Below, piece after piece: positions 1-9,352 of a stretch of DNA of 64,000 nt. The stretch's first letter is position 1. The number at the start of each line of letters is the position of its first letter. A program made the translations under genes and the position numbers. The stretch is from a virus (lineage: Duplodnaviria > Caudoviricetes). Where the stretch lies: the IMG/VR virus record IMGVR_UViG_3300021255_002694. One strand, 5' to 3'. The notes under the pieces were generated by a model, which saw only the letters and a program-made list of their open reading frames with translations, was not told the DNA's origin and did not search any database.

Positions 1-2
1 TT

Positions 3-329
3 AATGAACATGTAAAACTGTATAATCCTAAAAATTGTTTCTTCTCACATAGTCTAATAACTAAGTCTAAGATACTTGGATACGGCTTTATCGACATTAA
101 GAATAGATGCATTACAGTTTCAGCAAAGCCCAGTGTTGATGTATACCAATCTTCCATGCACATTCAGAAAAATCTATTCTCACTTAATACATATGTTAAT
201 ATTCTTCTTTCATCACAAGATTGCGATATTGTAACAAGTAGAGAAGATGCTGATTTTGTTATTGTACTTGATAAGCCTATGAATGATATTGAGATCAGCT
301 TGATTGACAATAATTTCTTTATGGATTGA
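3..329 (+). CDS. 5'-truncated hypothetical protein (C-terminus ...ISLIDNNFFMD)
   Basis: Open frame from window edge to TGA at 327-329; next gene's SD follows directly. Confidence 0.8.
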   Translation, partial: NEHVKLYNPKNCFFSHSLITKSKILGYGFIDIKNRCITVSAKPSVDVYQSSMHIQKNLFSLNTYVNILLSSQDCDIVTSREDADFVIVLDKPMNDIEISLIDNNFFMD

Positions 330-339
330 GGTATATAAA

Positions 340-594
340 ATGAAAATTTATATCATTACGGCAACATACTGTTTAAATGCTAATGGCTGTGAGATTGAAT
401 TTGAGGAATTTATTGACATGTTCACAGAGTATTTCGATGCTGATGCATGGTTTGCTCACGAGTTTGAATCTGTTAGAAATTCGGTAGCAGTTTCCGGCGC
501 AAAATACGCAACATTAAAACTGTGTGCTGTTCCTCTAGTTGGAAATGTTCTTAAAAAACAGGATGCCTCTGTACTAAGAACAGTTCATATTTAA
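340..594 (+). CDS. hypothetical protein
   Basis: GAGG SD then ATG at 340. Confidence 0.75.
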   Translation: MKIYIITATYCLNANGCEIEFEEFIDMFTEYFDADAWFAHEFESVRNSVAVSGAKYATLKLCAVPLVGNVLKKQDASVLRTVHI

Positions 595-690
595 TTTAGA
601 AAATATATAACATATATCGCAAAAAGCTGATTCATAATTTAACTTACCAAAAATAATGAAAGAAACATGTAAAAAAAAAACAAGTATATT

Positions 691-730
691 ACTATAATAT
701 GCAGATCGTATTTCGCGGTCTGCATATTAT
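691..730 (+). promoter_or_regulatory. putative late promoter (ACTATA) fused to hairpin
   Basis: ACTATA 691-696 overlaps arm ATAATATGCAGA/TCTGCATATTAT; A-tract upstream; no TTGACA. Confidence 0.55.
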
Positions 731-749
731 TTGAAAGGTTGGTTGTCTT

Positions 750-1217
750 ATGGTTAGAATCACCGAGAGTAAGAAATATACTCTTATAATGAATGGTGCT
801 AGTGGTAATTTATCAGATGAGTTTGAATTCGATAACGTGGCGGATGCCGTTAAGTATGCTTCAAGATGTGATTTATACAACTATTATTTTATTTCGGATG
901 AAAATGGTAATGTAATTAAAAGAGGAAGATGTAATACTGTGAAAGAATCAAAGCGTAATACGCGCCGCAGAAGCATTAGAGAACAGTATTATGCACCTTT
1001 CAACGATGATGTTGATTACACATTTTACCTTGATGAGTTCAAAAATTTTGAAAAGGCACTATCTAATAGCGAAAGAAAACTAAAAGATTTTTCAAGAGAT
1101 GCGAAATATCTCAAAACATCTGAAAACTTTAATGAATACGAAGATGAATATTATCATATTGCAGACAGAGTGAGAGAACTTATTGCAATAATGTCTGAAT
1201 ATGCAGAAAAAATGTAA
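750..1217 (+). CDS. putative head-packaged protein (tag MVRITE|S), possible polyprotein
   Basis: N-terminal tag; internal basic linker with TVKE|S and SIRE|Q. Confidence 0.6.
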   Translation: MVRITESKKYTLIMNGASGNLSDEFEFDNVADAVKYASRCDLYNYYFISDENGNVIKRGRCNTVKESKRNTRRRSIREQYYAPFNDDVDYTFYLDEFKNFEKALSNSERKLKDFSRDAKYLKTSENFNEYEDEYYHIADRVRELIAIMSEYAEKM

Positions 1218-1289
1218 GCTATCACTTTAGTTTGTGTTTATAGATGGTTTGTACATGAATTAGTAATTTATTACAATAATATAACAATA

Positions 1290-1335
1290 AAAGCTGTCAA
1301 TACTACTTGACAGCTTTTACTTTTTATGATATAAT
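1290..1335 (+). promoter_or_regulatory. terminator hairpin overlapping sigmaA promoter
   Basis: AAAAGCTGTCAA/TTGACAGCTTTT; TTGACA 1307, N17, TGn-TATAAT 1330. Confidence 0.75.
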
Positions 1336-1378
1336 ATAAATATGGATACAACTATATAAATACAGGCGGTGATTAAAA

Positions 1379-1747
1379 ATGATGGCTAGAGATATTAAGG
1401 GTTGGGAGATCGAGAATCCGGCTTGGAGAGACTATTCAAAAACAATTTGTACAGAAGATCACTTTTGGAGAGGTATATACGGAAGTGGTTTTTATCTTGG
1501 TGAAGAAATAGAACGTGTGATGTTTGATTATCCAAATATAGCTGATCATTTTTATTATTTGTGGTACAACGGATATCAGCTTGATGTAATTTTTGCATCA
1601 TATAAAATAGATGAGATCAAGAGATTTATCAATAGCCTTAACTTTACAGATTTTAATGCAAGAACTAAATTGTACGTGATAGATGCGGTTACAAAAGAAC
1701 ACTTTGTAGGCAAGGATTTTGAAGATATATTTATAGGTGGTGATTAA
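1379..1747 (+). CDS. hypothetical protein
   Basis: ORF with GGCGGTGA SD; AACTATA at 1350. Confidence 0.75.
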   Translation: MMARDIKGWEIENPAWRDYSKTICTEDHFWRGIYGSGFYLGEEIERVMFDYPNIADHFYYLWYNGYQLDVIFASYKIDEIKRFINSLNFTDFNARTKLYVIDAVTKEHFVGKDFEDIFIGGD

Positions 1748-1749
1748 AA

Positions 1750-2337
1750 TTGTCAGTTGATCGTGTATCGAGATATATAATTTCAAATGGGGAACAGTTT
1801 GTAAAGAATCAAAATGCAACAACCATAACGTCAAATTCAGATGATGCTTACATGTGGTCGCTGAAAACATCTGCTGAAAATGTTTTAGCGGATGCCAGAA
1901 ACAGATCAAGTAATTCTCCACATGCAACAATAGATAATTCATACAAAGTAGAACCTGTTTATATTTATGTAAGCGATATTGAACCAGATATTTCAAATGA
2001 TTTAGATACTATAAAACTATTTGCTGATATTGTTCAGGATTCCGCTGAAAGAGAAGAAAGTCTGCTTGCGCAACTAAGTAAAGTAGATCGTGAACTATCT
2101 GATATTGAACATTTCATAGAATTTGTTGATCTTAACGGTGTTGACGGATTCAGAATATATAAAAAGATGCAATCAATTAGACAAATTCGCAGAGAGATAA
2201 AACACAGACTAAAGATAGTGCAGACAATAAATTCGCAATCCATTGATCCGGAAGTTCTTAAAAGACTTGTAAAAGGATTCGGAAACATCTACTATAAGCC
2301 GAGAGAGGTTGACTTTGATGATATCTTAAAAGGGTGA
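1750..2337 (+). CDS. hypothetical coiled-coil phage protein
   Basis: 195 aa, SD GGTGG, heptad-rich C-half. Confidence 0.75.
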   Translation: MSVDRVSRYIISNGEQFVKNQNATTITSNSDDAYMWSLKTSAENVLADARNRSSNSPHATIDNSYKVEPVYIYVSDIEPDISNDLDTIKLFADIVQDSAEREESLLAQLSKVDRELSDIEHFIEFVDLNGVDGFRIYKKMQSIRQIRREIKHRLKIVQTINSQSIDPEVLKRLVKGFGNIYYKPREVDFDDILKG

Positions 2338-2343
2338 TTTTGC

Positions 2344-2511
2344 ATGGAAGAACACATAAATTTTGGAATTTTTATGAAATATGTAGTAACTTGTGCGACA
2401 CTTGTTTTGATCCTTAAATTCGCTTTTGAAACTTTGCAAGTCTATATAAAAACTCGCGGAGCAAAGAAAGAAGAACATGATCCAGACGATATTTGCGGAA
2501 GAAAACCATGA
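2344..2511 (+). CDS. small membrane protein (55 aa)
   Basis: Translated by hand, MEEHINFGIF...GRKP; one hydrophobic segment; GGGGTGA SD. Confidence 0.55.
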   Translation: MEEHINFGIFMKYVVTCATLVLILKFAFETLQVYIKTRGAKKEEHDPDDICGRKP

Positions 2512-2516
2512 CAAAT

Positions 2517-2565
2517 ATACAATATGTTGTGATATATTTGAACAACTTATCACAACATATTGTAT
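2517..2565. promoter_or_regulatory. tandem NrdR-box-like operators
   Basis: ATACAATATGTTGTGA (2517) and TCACAACATATTGTAT (2550), each 13/16 to acaCwAtATaTwGtgt, upstream of nrdD. Confidence 0.6.
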
Positions 2566-2753
2566 TTTTCATATCTATGAAATAGAATTTTCTACTAAAT
2601 TTGTCTATCAATTTTGTGACGTTCGTAGAATTTGAAAATTTCATCCAAACTACTGCAAACATAACTGCAAAAAATAAAAATCATGTACTCTAATATAACC
2701 ACCTGATAGGTGGTTAAGGAGGAAAATAAAATTTTTAAGTGGAGTGATGATAT

Positions 2754-5192
2754 ATGTATCAAGTAAAAAAGAGAAACGACGATCTTGAAATGTTTGAGTT
2801 ATCAAAAATTAAATCAGCGATAACACGAACATTTGAAGCATGTGGTAGAAATTACCAAGACTCAATAGTAGAAACACTTGCAATAAAATCAGTTGCAAAT
2901 GCAGAAAAGAAAATAAAAGATGATGTTCTTAGTGTAGAGGATATTCAAGATTCAGTAGAATCAATACTGATGGGCTATGGATATGAAGATGTATCTAAAG
3001 CATATATACTATATAGAAAACAACATGAAAAAGCAAGGAATGCTAAAAACTCAGTGCTTGATTATAAGAAAACTATGGACGGTTACTTAAAGGCAAGCGA
3101 TTGGAGAGTAAAGGAAAACTCTACAGTTACATATTCTTTAGGTGGTTTAATACTTGGAAATTCTGGTGCAATGACTGCAAATTACTGGCTATCTGAAATT
3201 TATGATGATGAAATTGCAAATGCGCATAGAAATTGTGATTTTCATATTCATGATCTATCAATGTTAAGCGCCTATTGCGGCGGATGGTCATTAAAGCAAC
3301 TTATACAAGAGGGACTTGGTGGTGTTCCAGGAAAGATAACATCCGGACCAGCAAAACATCTTTCAACACTTTGTAACCAGATTGTCAATTTCCTCGGCGT
3401 TATGCAGAATGAATGGGCTGGCGCACAAGCATTTTCAAGTGTAGATACATATTTAGCTGCGTTTGTAAAAGCAGAAAACCTTTCATACATAGAAGTAAAG
3501 CAATGTATTCAGTCCCTTGTATTCGGTTTGAATATTCCGTCAAGATGGGGCAGTCAGGCACCCTTCACTAACTTCACATTTGACTGGACTGTTCCGGATG
3601 ATCTTGCAGAATTGAATTGCATTGTAGGTGGTAAGGAAGTTGACTTCAAGTACAAAGACTGTAAGCGCGAAATGGACATGATAAATAGAGCATTCATGGA
3701 AGTTATGTTAGAGGGTGATGATAACGGTAGAGGGCACCAGTATCCAATACCTACTTACTCAATAACAAAAGATTTTGATTGGGATGAAGAAGTTAAAAAC
3801 AATCAACTTCTATTTGAAATGACAGCAAAGTATGGAATTCCTTATTTCAGCAATTATGTAAATAGTGATATGAAGCCTAGTGATATCAGAAGCATGTGCT
3901 GTCGATTGCGCTTGGATTTGCGTGAACTTCGTAGAAAAAATGGTGGTTATTTCGGTAGTGGAGAATCAACTGGATCAATCGGAGTTGTCACGATAAATCT
4001 TCCAAGATTGGCATATAAGTCAAAGTCAGAAGATGAGTTCTATAAAAATCTTGATAGATTGATGGACATTGCTGCAAGAAGTCTACATATCAAAAGAGCC
4101 GTTGTATCTCAATATCTTGAACAAGGTCTTTATCCATATACAAAGAGATATTTAGGTAATTTTGATAATCACTTTTCTACCATTGCAACAAACGGCATGA
4201 ATGAGATGTGTCTCAATGCATGTTGGATAAGAGATAACATAGCATCTGAAAAAGGATATGAATTTTCAAAGAACGTATTAGATCACATGAGAGAAAAACT
4301 ATCTGATTATCAGGAGATGTATGTTGGTGAGTTATTCAATCTTGAATCGGCACCAGCAGAATCAACTTCACTCCGTTTTGCTATGCATGATAAAAAAGAT
4401 TTTCCTGACATTATCACAGCAGGAGATAAAACTGATGGTTCTCCTTATTACACTAATAGTTCACATCTTCCTGTTGGATATACAGATGATATATTTGAAG
4501 CACTTGATCATCAAGATGATTTGCAGACTAAATATACATCTGGAACTGTTTTCCATGCTTTCTTGGGAGAGAAACTACCTAATTGGCAATCTGCAATGAT
4601 GCTTACTAGAAAAATTGCTGAGAATTATAAACTCCCTTATTTTACATTCTCCCCGACATATTCTATTTGTCCGGAACATGGATATATTAAAGGTGAAGAA
4701 TGGACATGTCCTCATTGTGGTAAACCTACAGAAGTTTATTCTCGTGTTACTGGATACTATCGTGCTGTTCAAAACTTTAATGATGGTAAGGCTCATGAAT
4801 TTAGGGATCGTAAAGAATATAAGTTTGATTCTAATACTCTTAATACTCCTACTGAGAGTGAGTGTGAATCATGTAAAACAGATTTCACAGAACTTCCAAC
4901 TACTGATTTTGAAAAAGAATCAAGTGTTGGTGACGCAGTAAGATCAATTCTTGCCGATACAAGAAAACCAATGCTTTTCACTACAGCAACATGTCCGAAT
5001 TGCAAAATGGCTAAGAAGTTTATTGCTGATGCTAAATTTGATTGTGATATTCTTCTCGCAGAGGAAAATCAAGAACTTGTGAAACTGTATGAAATTACAT
5101 CTGCGCCGACATTGATTGTATTTGATAATGGTAGTCCGGTTAAGATTCAGAATGTGTCTAATATTAGAAAGTTCTTAGATGAGTTGAAATGA
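2754..5192 (+). CDS. nrdD: anaerobic (class III) ribonucleoside-triphosphate reductase with ATP cone and C-terminal glutaredoxin-like domain
   Basis: VKKR ATP cone, HIHDL, SAYC, MCCRL finger loop, CPEHG..CPHC Zn site, SRVTGY glycyl-radical loop, TCPNC Grx motif. Confidence 0.95.
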   Translation: MYQVKKRNDDLEMFELSKIKSAITRTFEACGRNYQDSIVETLAIKSVANAEKKIKDDVLSVEDIQDSVESILMGYGYEDVSKAYILYRKQHEKARNAKNSVLDYKKTMDGYLKASDWRVKENSTVTYSLGGLILGNSGAMTANYWLSEIYDDEIANAHRNCDFHIHDLSMLSAYCGGWSLKQLIQEGLGGVPGKITSGPAKHLSTLCNQIVNFLGVMQNEWAGAQAFSSVDTYLAAFVKAENLSYIEVKQCIQSLVFGLNIPSRWGSQAPFTNFTFDWTVPDDLAELNCIVGGKEVDFKYKDCKREMDMINRAFMEVMLEGDDNGRGHQYPIPTYSITKDFDWDEEVKNNQLLFEMTAKYGIPYFSNYVNSDMKPSDIRSMCCRLRLDLRELRRKNGGYFGSGESTGSIGVVTINLPRLAYKSKSEDEFYKNLDRLMDIAARSLHIKRAVVSQYLEQGLYPYTKRYLGNFDNHFSTIATNGMNEMCLNACWIRDNIASEKGYEFSKNVLDHMREKLSDYQEMYVGELFNLESAPAESTSLRFAMHDKKDFPDIITAGDKTDGSPYYTNSSHLPVGYTDDIFEALDHQDDLQTKYTSGTVFHAFLGEKLPNWQSAMMLTRKIAENYKLPYFTFSPTYSICPEHGYIKGEEWTCPHCGKPTEVYSRVTGYYRAVQNFNDGKAHEFRDRKEYKFDSNTLNTPTESECESCKTDFTELPTTDFEKESSVGDAVRSILADTRKPMLFTTATCPNCKMAKKFIADAKFDCDILLAEENQELVKLYEITSAPTLIVFDNGSPVKIQNVSNIRKFLDELK

Positions 5193-5245
5193 TCTAATTC
5201 TTACAAGAATAATAAAATACTTTCATAAAAAATAGAACATACTTA

Positions 5246-5286
5246 AACTATATCTGTGTCATATGTTATGACACAGATATTTTTTT
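5246..5286 (+). promoter_or_regulatory. putative late promoter/terminator hairpin
   Basis: AACTATA overlaps ATATCTGTGTCATA/TATGACACAGATAT, followed by T-run. Confidence 0.6.
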
Positions 5287-5305
5287 AGAAAGTAGATGAT
5301 TTTAT

Positions 5306-6583
5306 ATGCTGTATACTATAAAGTTTACTAATACGCACAAGGCAATAAACTTAGATCAAATTGTAAAATATGATCTTTCAACAATATCTCCAACATTGAT
5401 TGTTGATAGTACATATGTAAGCCATGTATCTGATCAATTTGATAATACTGATGATTTTATATCAATTCCGCTATATAAGAGAAATCAGTTTTGTTTACTT
5501 CCGGCAAACTCATCATTGACAATCGAAACAGAAAACAGTCAGGAAGCAATATACTATAAGCAACTTACCATTGATAATTGTCATATAGATGTATATGATT
5601 CTTCCGGTGGTGGCGGAAGTGATGATAATTTCGTAAAAATGTTGCTGTCAAATGATTTCAGTCCAGTTGATAACACTCTTGTTGTTCCTGATTATGTTCA
5701 GACAATAGATGCATCTGCTATAACTTGGAGCAGTAAATGTTCTAGTTTAGTAATAAATAATTCTTTAGATATAACCGCAAAAGGTGCAACCGATTTTATA
5801 CCGTATCAACCACAGTCCGTTGATTTAGCTCGTTTTTATGAGGGAAACGGCAACACTTATGCAAAATACCCATTTAAAGAAAATAATGGAATAACATATG
5901 TTGACATAAATCAAAACCTATCTACATATATTAAAGATTGCGATATTGACATAAACAGTATTGAAAACAGACAATCTTTTAATTTCATCGACAACGGTAC
6001 AGAACGTATAGCAGACTATGAAAATTTATTTGCCAATGTATTTAATAAAATTGGCAGTGTAATTCACCCGAGAGACTTGGACTTTCAAAATTGCTACAGC
6101 ACCATACATATACAAGGAGACAACTATCATGTTATATTTTTATACAATGTTGAATTCAATGATGACATTAGTTCATTTGTTGTTTTAGATTTAACAGACA
6201 CACTTCCACAAGATCGTGAAAATTATGTTATATTTGAGTGGGTAGAGGAAACAAAGGAGTTAAGGAATAGCATAATGCATGAAATTAACTATGATAGACA
6301 TGAACCTGTGTATGCATATCAAGTAATTGGACAATACCCGACAGTTCAACCTCCTAATGTTGCTTCATATGAGGAATACACGAGAGATTATATATCAGCG
6401 AATGAACGCATATACATAGGATCGGATTCTCTGAAAATAGATTTCTCTCCGGTATATTTAATCAAAAACAATGCAGAACTTATACCTGTATATTGTATAG
6501 AACCACTGTGTTTATGCGGAGATAGAACAAGACTTATTGTAACTGATAGCTTTAAGTCTTGCTATGAGGAAATAAGCCAGTGA
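5306..6583 (+). CDS. hypothetical protein, possibly virion-associated
   Basis: 425 aa, SSGGGGS linker, BspA-LRR-like VPDYVQTIDASA; behind late-type motif. Confidence 0.6.
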   Translation: MLYTIKFTNTHKAINLDQIVKYDLSTISPTLIVDSTYVSHVSDQFDNTDDFISIPLYKRNQFCLLPANSSLTIETENSQEAIYYKQLTIDNCHIDVYDSSGGGGSDDNFVKMLLSNDFSPVDNTLVVPDYVQTIDASAITWSSKCSSLVINNSLDITAKGATDFIPYQPQSVDLARFYEGNGNTYAKYPFKENNGITYVDINQNLSTYIKDCDIDINSIENRQSFNFIDNGTERIADYENLFANVFNKIGSVIHPRDLDFQNCYSTIHIQGDNYHVIFLYNVEFNDDISSFVVLDLTDTLPQDRENYVIFEWVEETKELRNSIMHEINYDRHEPVYAYQVIGQYPTVQPPNVASYEEYTRDYISANERIYIGSDSLKIDFSPVYLIKNNAELIPVYCIEPLCLCGDRTRLIVTDSFKSCYEEISQ

Positions 6584-6611
6584 ATCTATTGAACCAACTT
6601 ACTAATATAAA

Positions 6612-6655
6612 AATGCACAAACATGTACTGTGTTTCAAGTATATGTTTGTGCATA
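6612..6655 (+). terminator. intrinsic terminator
   Basis: ATGCACAAACAT/ATGTTTGTGCAT plus T-run. Confidence 0.65.
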
Positions 6656-6662
6656 TTTTTTA

Positions 6663-6700
6663 TTGACAAATTCTATAAAATATGATATACTATATTTACA
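6663..6700 (+). promoter_or_regulatory. sigmaA-type early promoter
   Basis: TTGACA-N17-TATACT, extended TG, ATATTT tail. Confidence 0.85.
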
Positions 6701-6717
6701 GAAAGGAGTGGTATATC

Positions 6718-7038
6718 ATGACAACAAATAATCAGAAACTCAGTAATGTAATTCAGCAATGCAGAGAAACAGGAGTTAAACTTCCTGAATCAATGCTTGC
6801 GCTTGTTGCAAATCTTCTGTCAATTACATCACTTCCGTTCGCTGTTTTTCCGACACTGAGACAATCTATTCAGATTGAACATGAAACGGAAGACAACTAC
6901 ATTGAGTTTGAAATTTTCGATGATAAGATCATTATGCTAAGAATGACAGATGATCGTATTGATCCGAATCAATCACTAGATGAAAGAGAAGTTACCATTG
7001 ATGAAATGTATGAAATCGTGTGGGGGTTAGAGAAATGA
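6718..7038 (+). CDS. hypothetical protein
   Basis: AAGGAG SD, ATG 6718. Confidence 0.75.
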   Translation: MTTNNQKLSNVIQQCRETGVKLPESMLALVANLLSITSLPFAVFPTLRQSIQIEHETEDNYIEFEIFDDKIIMLRMTDDRIDPNQSLDEREVTIDEMYEIVWGLEK

Positions 7039-7454
7039 AAGGTATTTTTAAGTGCGAGGATTTTGACAGCGAGAACTGCATTGATGAAGTTAGCAAGGAT
7101 ATTCAAGATTTGATCTATGGTCAGAGTGTTGTTGAAGTTAGACACATAGATTGTTACAACATTGAACTGTTCTTGTCTAATGGTCTTGTACTCCGCGCAA
7201 TGTCTAATGAGGGTTGTGGCGGATGTTCAAATGGGTGGTACGATATTGACAATATTCTTGATCTCGGTATTACCGGAAATGTTATCACAAAGGTCGAAGT
7301 AGAAAGCCCAAAGTTTGCAGAAGATGGAACATATAAGCTGTTTATCTATTCATTAGATAAAAGAATGCTTGAAGTTGATTTTACAGGTTGTGATAATGGA
7401 TATTATGGTACTGGAATTGTCATTTACGTAAAATCCATTGATGAAAATTACTGA
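7035..7454 (+). CDS. hypothetical phage protein (EGCGGC...NGYYG motifs)
   Basis: ATGA overlap with upstream gene. Confidence 0.75.
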   Translation: MKGIFKCEDFDSENCIDEVSKDIQDLIYGQSVVEVRHIDCYNIELFLSNGLVLRAMSNEGCGGCSNGWYDIDNILDLGITGNVITKVEVESPKFAEDGTYKLFIYSLDKRMLEVDFTGCDNGYYGTGIVIYVKSIDENY

Positions 7455-7485
7455 AAGTTATGATAAATATATGGAGGTTGGAAAA

Positions 7486-7701
7486 ATGAATAGTTTTATT
7501 ATTTTTTCGGACAGAAATAAACAGGCATGTGAATTAAGATCAGCGGCTCAATATCTTTCTTTACTTGCAGACATTATCCAAGTTGAAAACGGAAGAATTG
7601 ACAATAATAAATATATGCTTGCGGAATCCGAAATTAAAGAACTTGTATCTTCCTCTGCGGCATTACTTTCAATCATTACAGCCAAACTTACTAAAGAATG
7701 A
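7486..7701 (+). CDS. hypothetical protein
   Basis: GGAGG SD before ATG 7486. Confidence 0.7.
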   Translation: MNSFIIFSDRNKQACELRSAAQYLSLLADIIQVENGRIDNNKYMLAESEIKELVSSSAALLSIITAKLTKE

Positions 7702-7704
7702 GGA

Positions 7705-8121
7705 ATGAATATGTCATATATTGTGCAAGATGTTGATATGGATTATCTAAAAGGATATGTAAATGATCCGGTAGAAAGGAATCTTGTTGAAGAATATAAA
7801 TCATGGTGTGATTCATGTACACAAATACATGATCATAAATGTTCCGGCGAAGATGCTGAAAAATGCCGTAAGAAAAAACATGATCTTCTAATGAAAATAT
7901 ATGAAATCATGGATAAAAGAACATTTTGTGTTGTTACAAATTCACAATATAAAGTTGTCAGACATATCATGCAAGTTACAGATAGTGCATCAGATAATCT
8001 ACCATTACTAAAACAAGAATACTATGAAATATATGCTGTACTCGATGGTGATGAGTTTCATTTCTTTACAGGGCTACAAAATGCACAGAATTTTGCATGT
8101 GACTTCAATTTTAATGCATGA
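7705..8121 (+). CDS. hypothetical protein
   Basis: ORF in operon. Confidence 0.7.
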   Translation: MNMSYIVQDVDMDYLKGYVNDPVERNLVEEYKSWCDSCTQIHDHKCSGEDAEKCRKKKHDLLMKIYEIMDKRTFCVVTNSQYKVVRHIMQVTDSASDNLPLLKQEYYEIYAVLDGDEFHFFTGLQNAQNFACDFNFNA

Positions 8122-8147
8122 GTGAGATAAAAAATATAACTACAATT

Positions 8148-8183
8148 AACTATAAAGTGTGTGAGTTGATCACACACTTTATA
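8148..8183 (+). promoter_or_regulatory. putative late promoter fused to hairpin
   Basis: AACTATA overlaps perfect 14-bp stem TATAAAGTGTGTGA/TCACACACTTTATA. Confidence 0.6.
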
Positions 8184-8202
8184 ATTTATAGGCGGTGAAA
8201 AT

Positions 8203-8580
8203 ATGATAAAATTAGTTGTAGAGAGTTTTGGAAGTTTTGAAGATACACTTGATAAAAGTAGAAAATATGAACTTTTCGGTCCAGACAAAGATACTTGGCA
8301 GATTTACAGGAAACTAACAATAAAAGGAAAAATGAAATACAACACTGTCGATAAAGCATATAATGAAATGACTGAACTTGAAGAAATCATGGATGATGTT
8401 ATTGATTCTGGTAATGATGGTAAGGCTGAACAGAGCGCTTACTACATGGCGTATAATAAGTGGTGGAAACTTTTTGATGATTACAAGAGGGAAGCAGATG
8501 CATGGTTTCAAGACCTAATAGATCGAGGATATGTTGAACTTGATCCTATTGACGGATTTATTGCTGTATATTTAGATTGA
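8203..8580 (+). CDS. putative head-packaged protein (tag MIKLVVE|S)
   Basis: N-terminal tag; acidic cargo. Confidence 0.6.
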   Translation: MIKLVVESFGSFEDTLDKSRKYELFGPDKDTWQIYRKLTIKGKMKYNTVDKAYNEMTELEEIMDDVIDSGNDGKAEQSAYYMAYNKWWKLFDDYKREADAWFQDLIDRGYVELDPIDGFIAVYLD

Positions 8581-8604
8581 TATTTTATGAAAGGTTGATA
8601 TGAA

Positions 8605-8934
8605 GTGGTTAGAAGAACTAATATAGTTAAACATAGAAGATTCACAGAAAGTAATGGGATGCCTTTTTATGGAGTTAAATTGTATGATCCTGATTCCGGT
8701 GAATACATTGTTTGGTGGTCAAAAGATAAAAACATTATAAAAGACATATATAAAAGCCTTCAATCTAACATGCACAGAGAGTATGATGATCTTCACGATC
8801 TAGCAAATCCAATACTTCAACGTCTTAGCAGATATGATAACTGGGAGTGGGATTATAGTGATTCTTTCATTAAAGACGGAGTTCATGAATCTGGGGATGT
8901 TATTGATATTCTATATGAACTCCAGATCAGATAA
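8605..8934 (+). CDS. putative head-packaged protein (basic leader ...KHRRFTE|S)
   Basis: Variant tag; same TGAAAGG leader. Confidence 0.55.
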   Translation: MVRRTNIVKHRRFTESNGMPFYGVKLYDPDSGEYIVWWSKDKNIIKDIYKSLQSNMHREYDDLHDLANPILQRLSRYDNWEWDYSDSFIKDGVHESGDVIDILYELQIR

Positions 8935-8997
8935 ATAAATTTTAATATATATTAGAATTTAGTTTTAATATGTACATTTTGAAATGAGGATTAACAT

Positions 8998-9228
8998 ATG
9001 ATAAGAAAACTAGAAGAATCAAAAGGAAAGAATATTCGTTTACGCGATCTTGACGGTATGATTGTCGGAAGTGTAATGATAGAAGATTTTGAAACAAATG
9101 AATATATAACAGAAAGACCAATGTTTCTTGATGATGCACTTAAATACTATCCTGAACTGAATAAAGCATCTGTATTGAATATTGGTGTTTATAGAGATAG
9201 TATTGTATGGATTGAAGTTGAATTTTGA
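8998..9228 (+). CDS. putative head-packaged protein (tag MIRKLEE|S)
   Basis: N-terminal tag. Confidence 0.6.
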   Translation: MIRKLEESKGKNIRLRDLDGMIVGSVMIEDFETNEYITERPMFLDDALKYYPELNKASVLNIGVYRDSIVWIEVEF

Positions 9229-9284
9229 ATTAAATATGGTATAAAAAATAATATAGTATTGTAGCAAAAAAAGAACAATGATTT

Positions 9285-9332
9285 ACTATAGTTGTGTAGC
9301 TGATTGATAAGGTTACGCAACTATTTTTTTTT
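9285..9332 (+). promoter_or_regulatory. putative late promoter/terminator hairpin
   Basis: ACTATA overlaps ATAGTTGTGTAG/TTACGCAACTAT (G-U pairs), then T-run. Confidence 0.6.
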
Positions 9333-9352
9333 CTATGAAAGGATGTTTTTAT

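Noticed and set aside
1355-1362. T4 late promoter TATAAATA
   Set aside because: Not recurrent upstream of the tagged genes; expected by chance in AT-rich DNA.
7438-7485. MKITES at 7441 as a tagged-family member
   Set aside because: A strong GGAGG SD supports the start at 7486, and the gene lies in an early-promoter operon.
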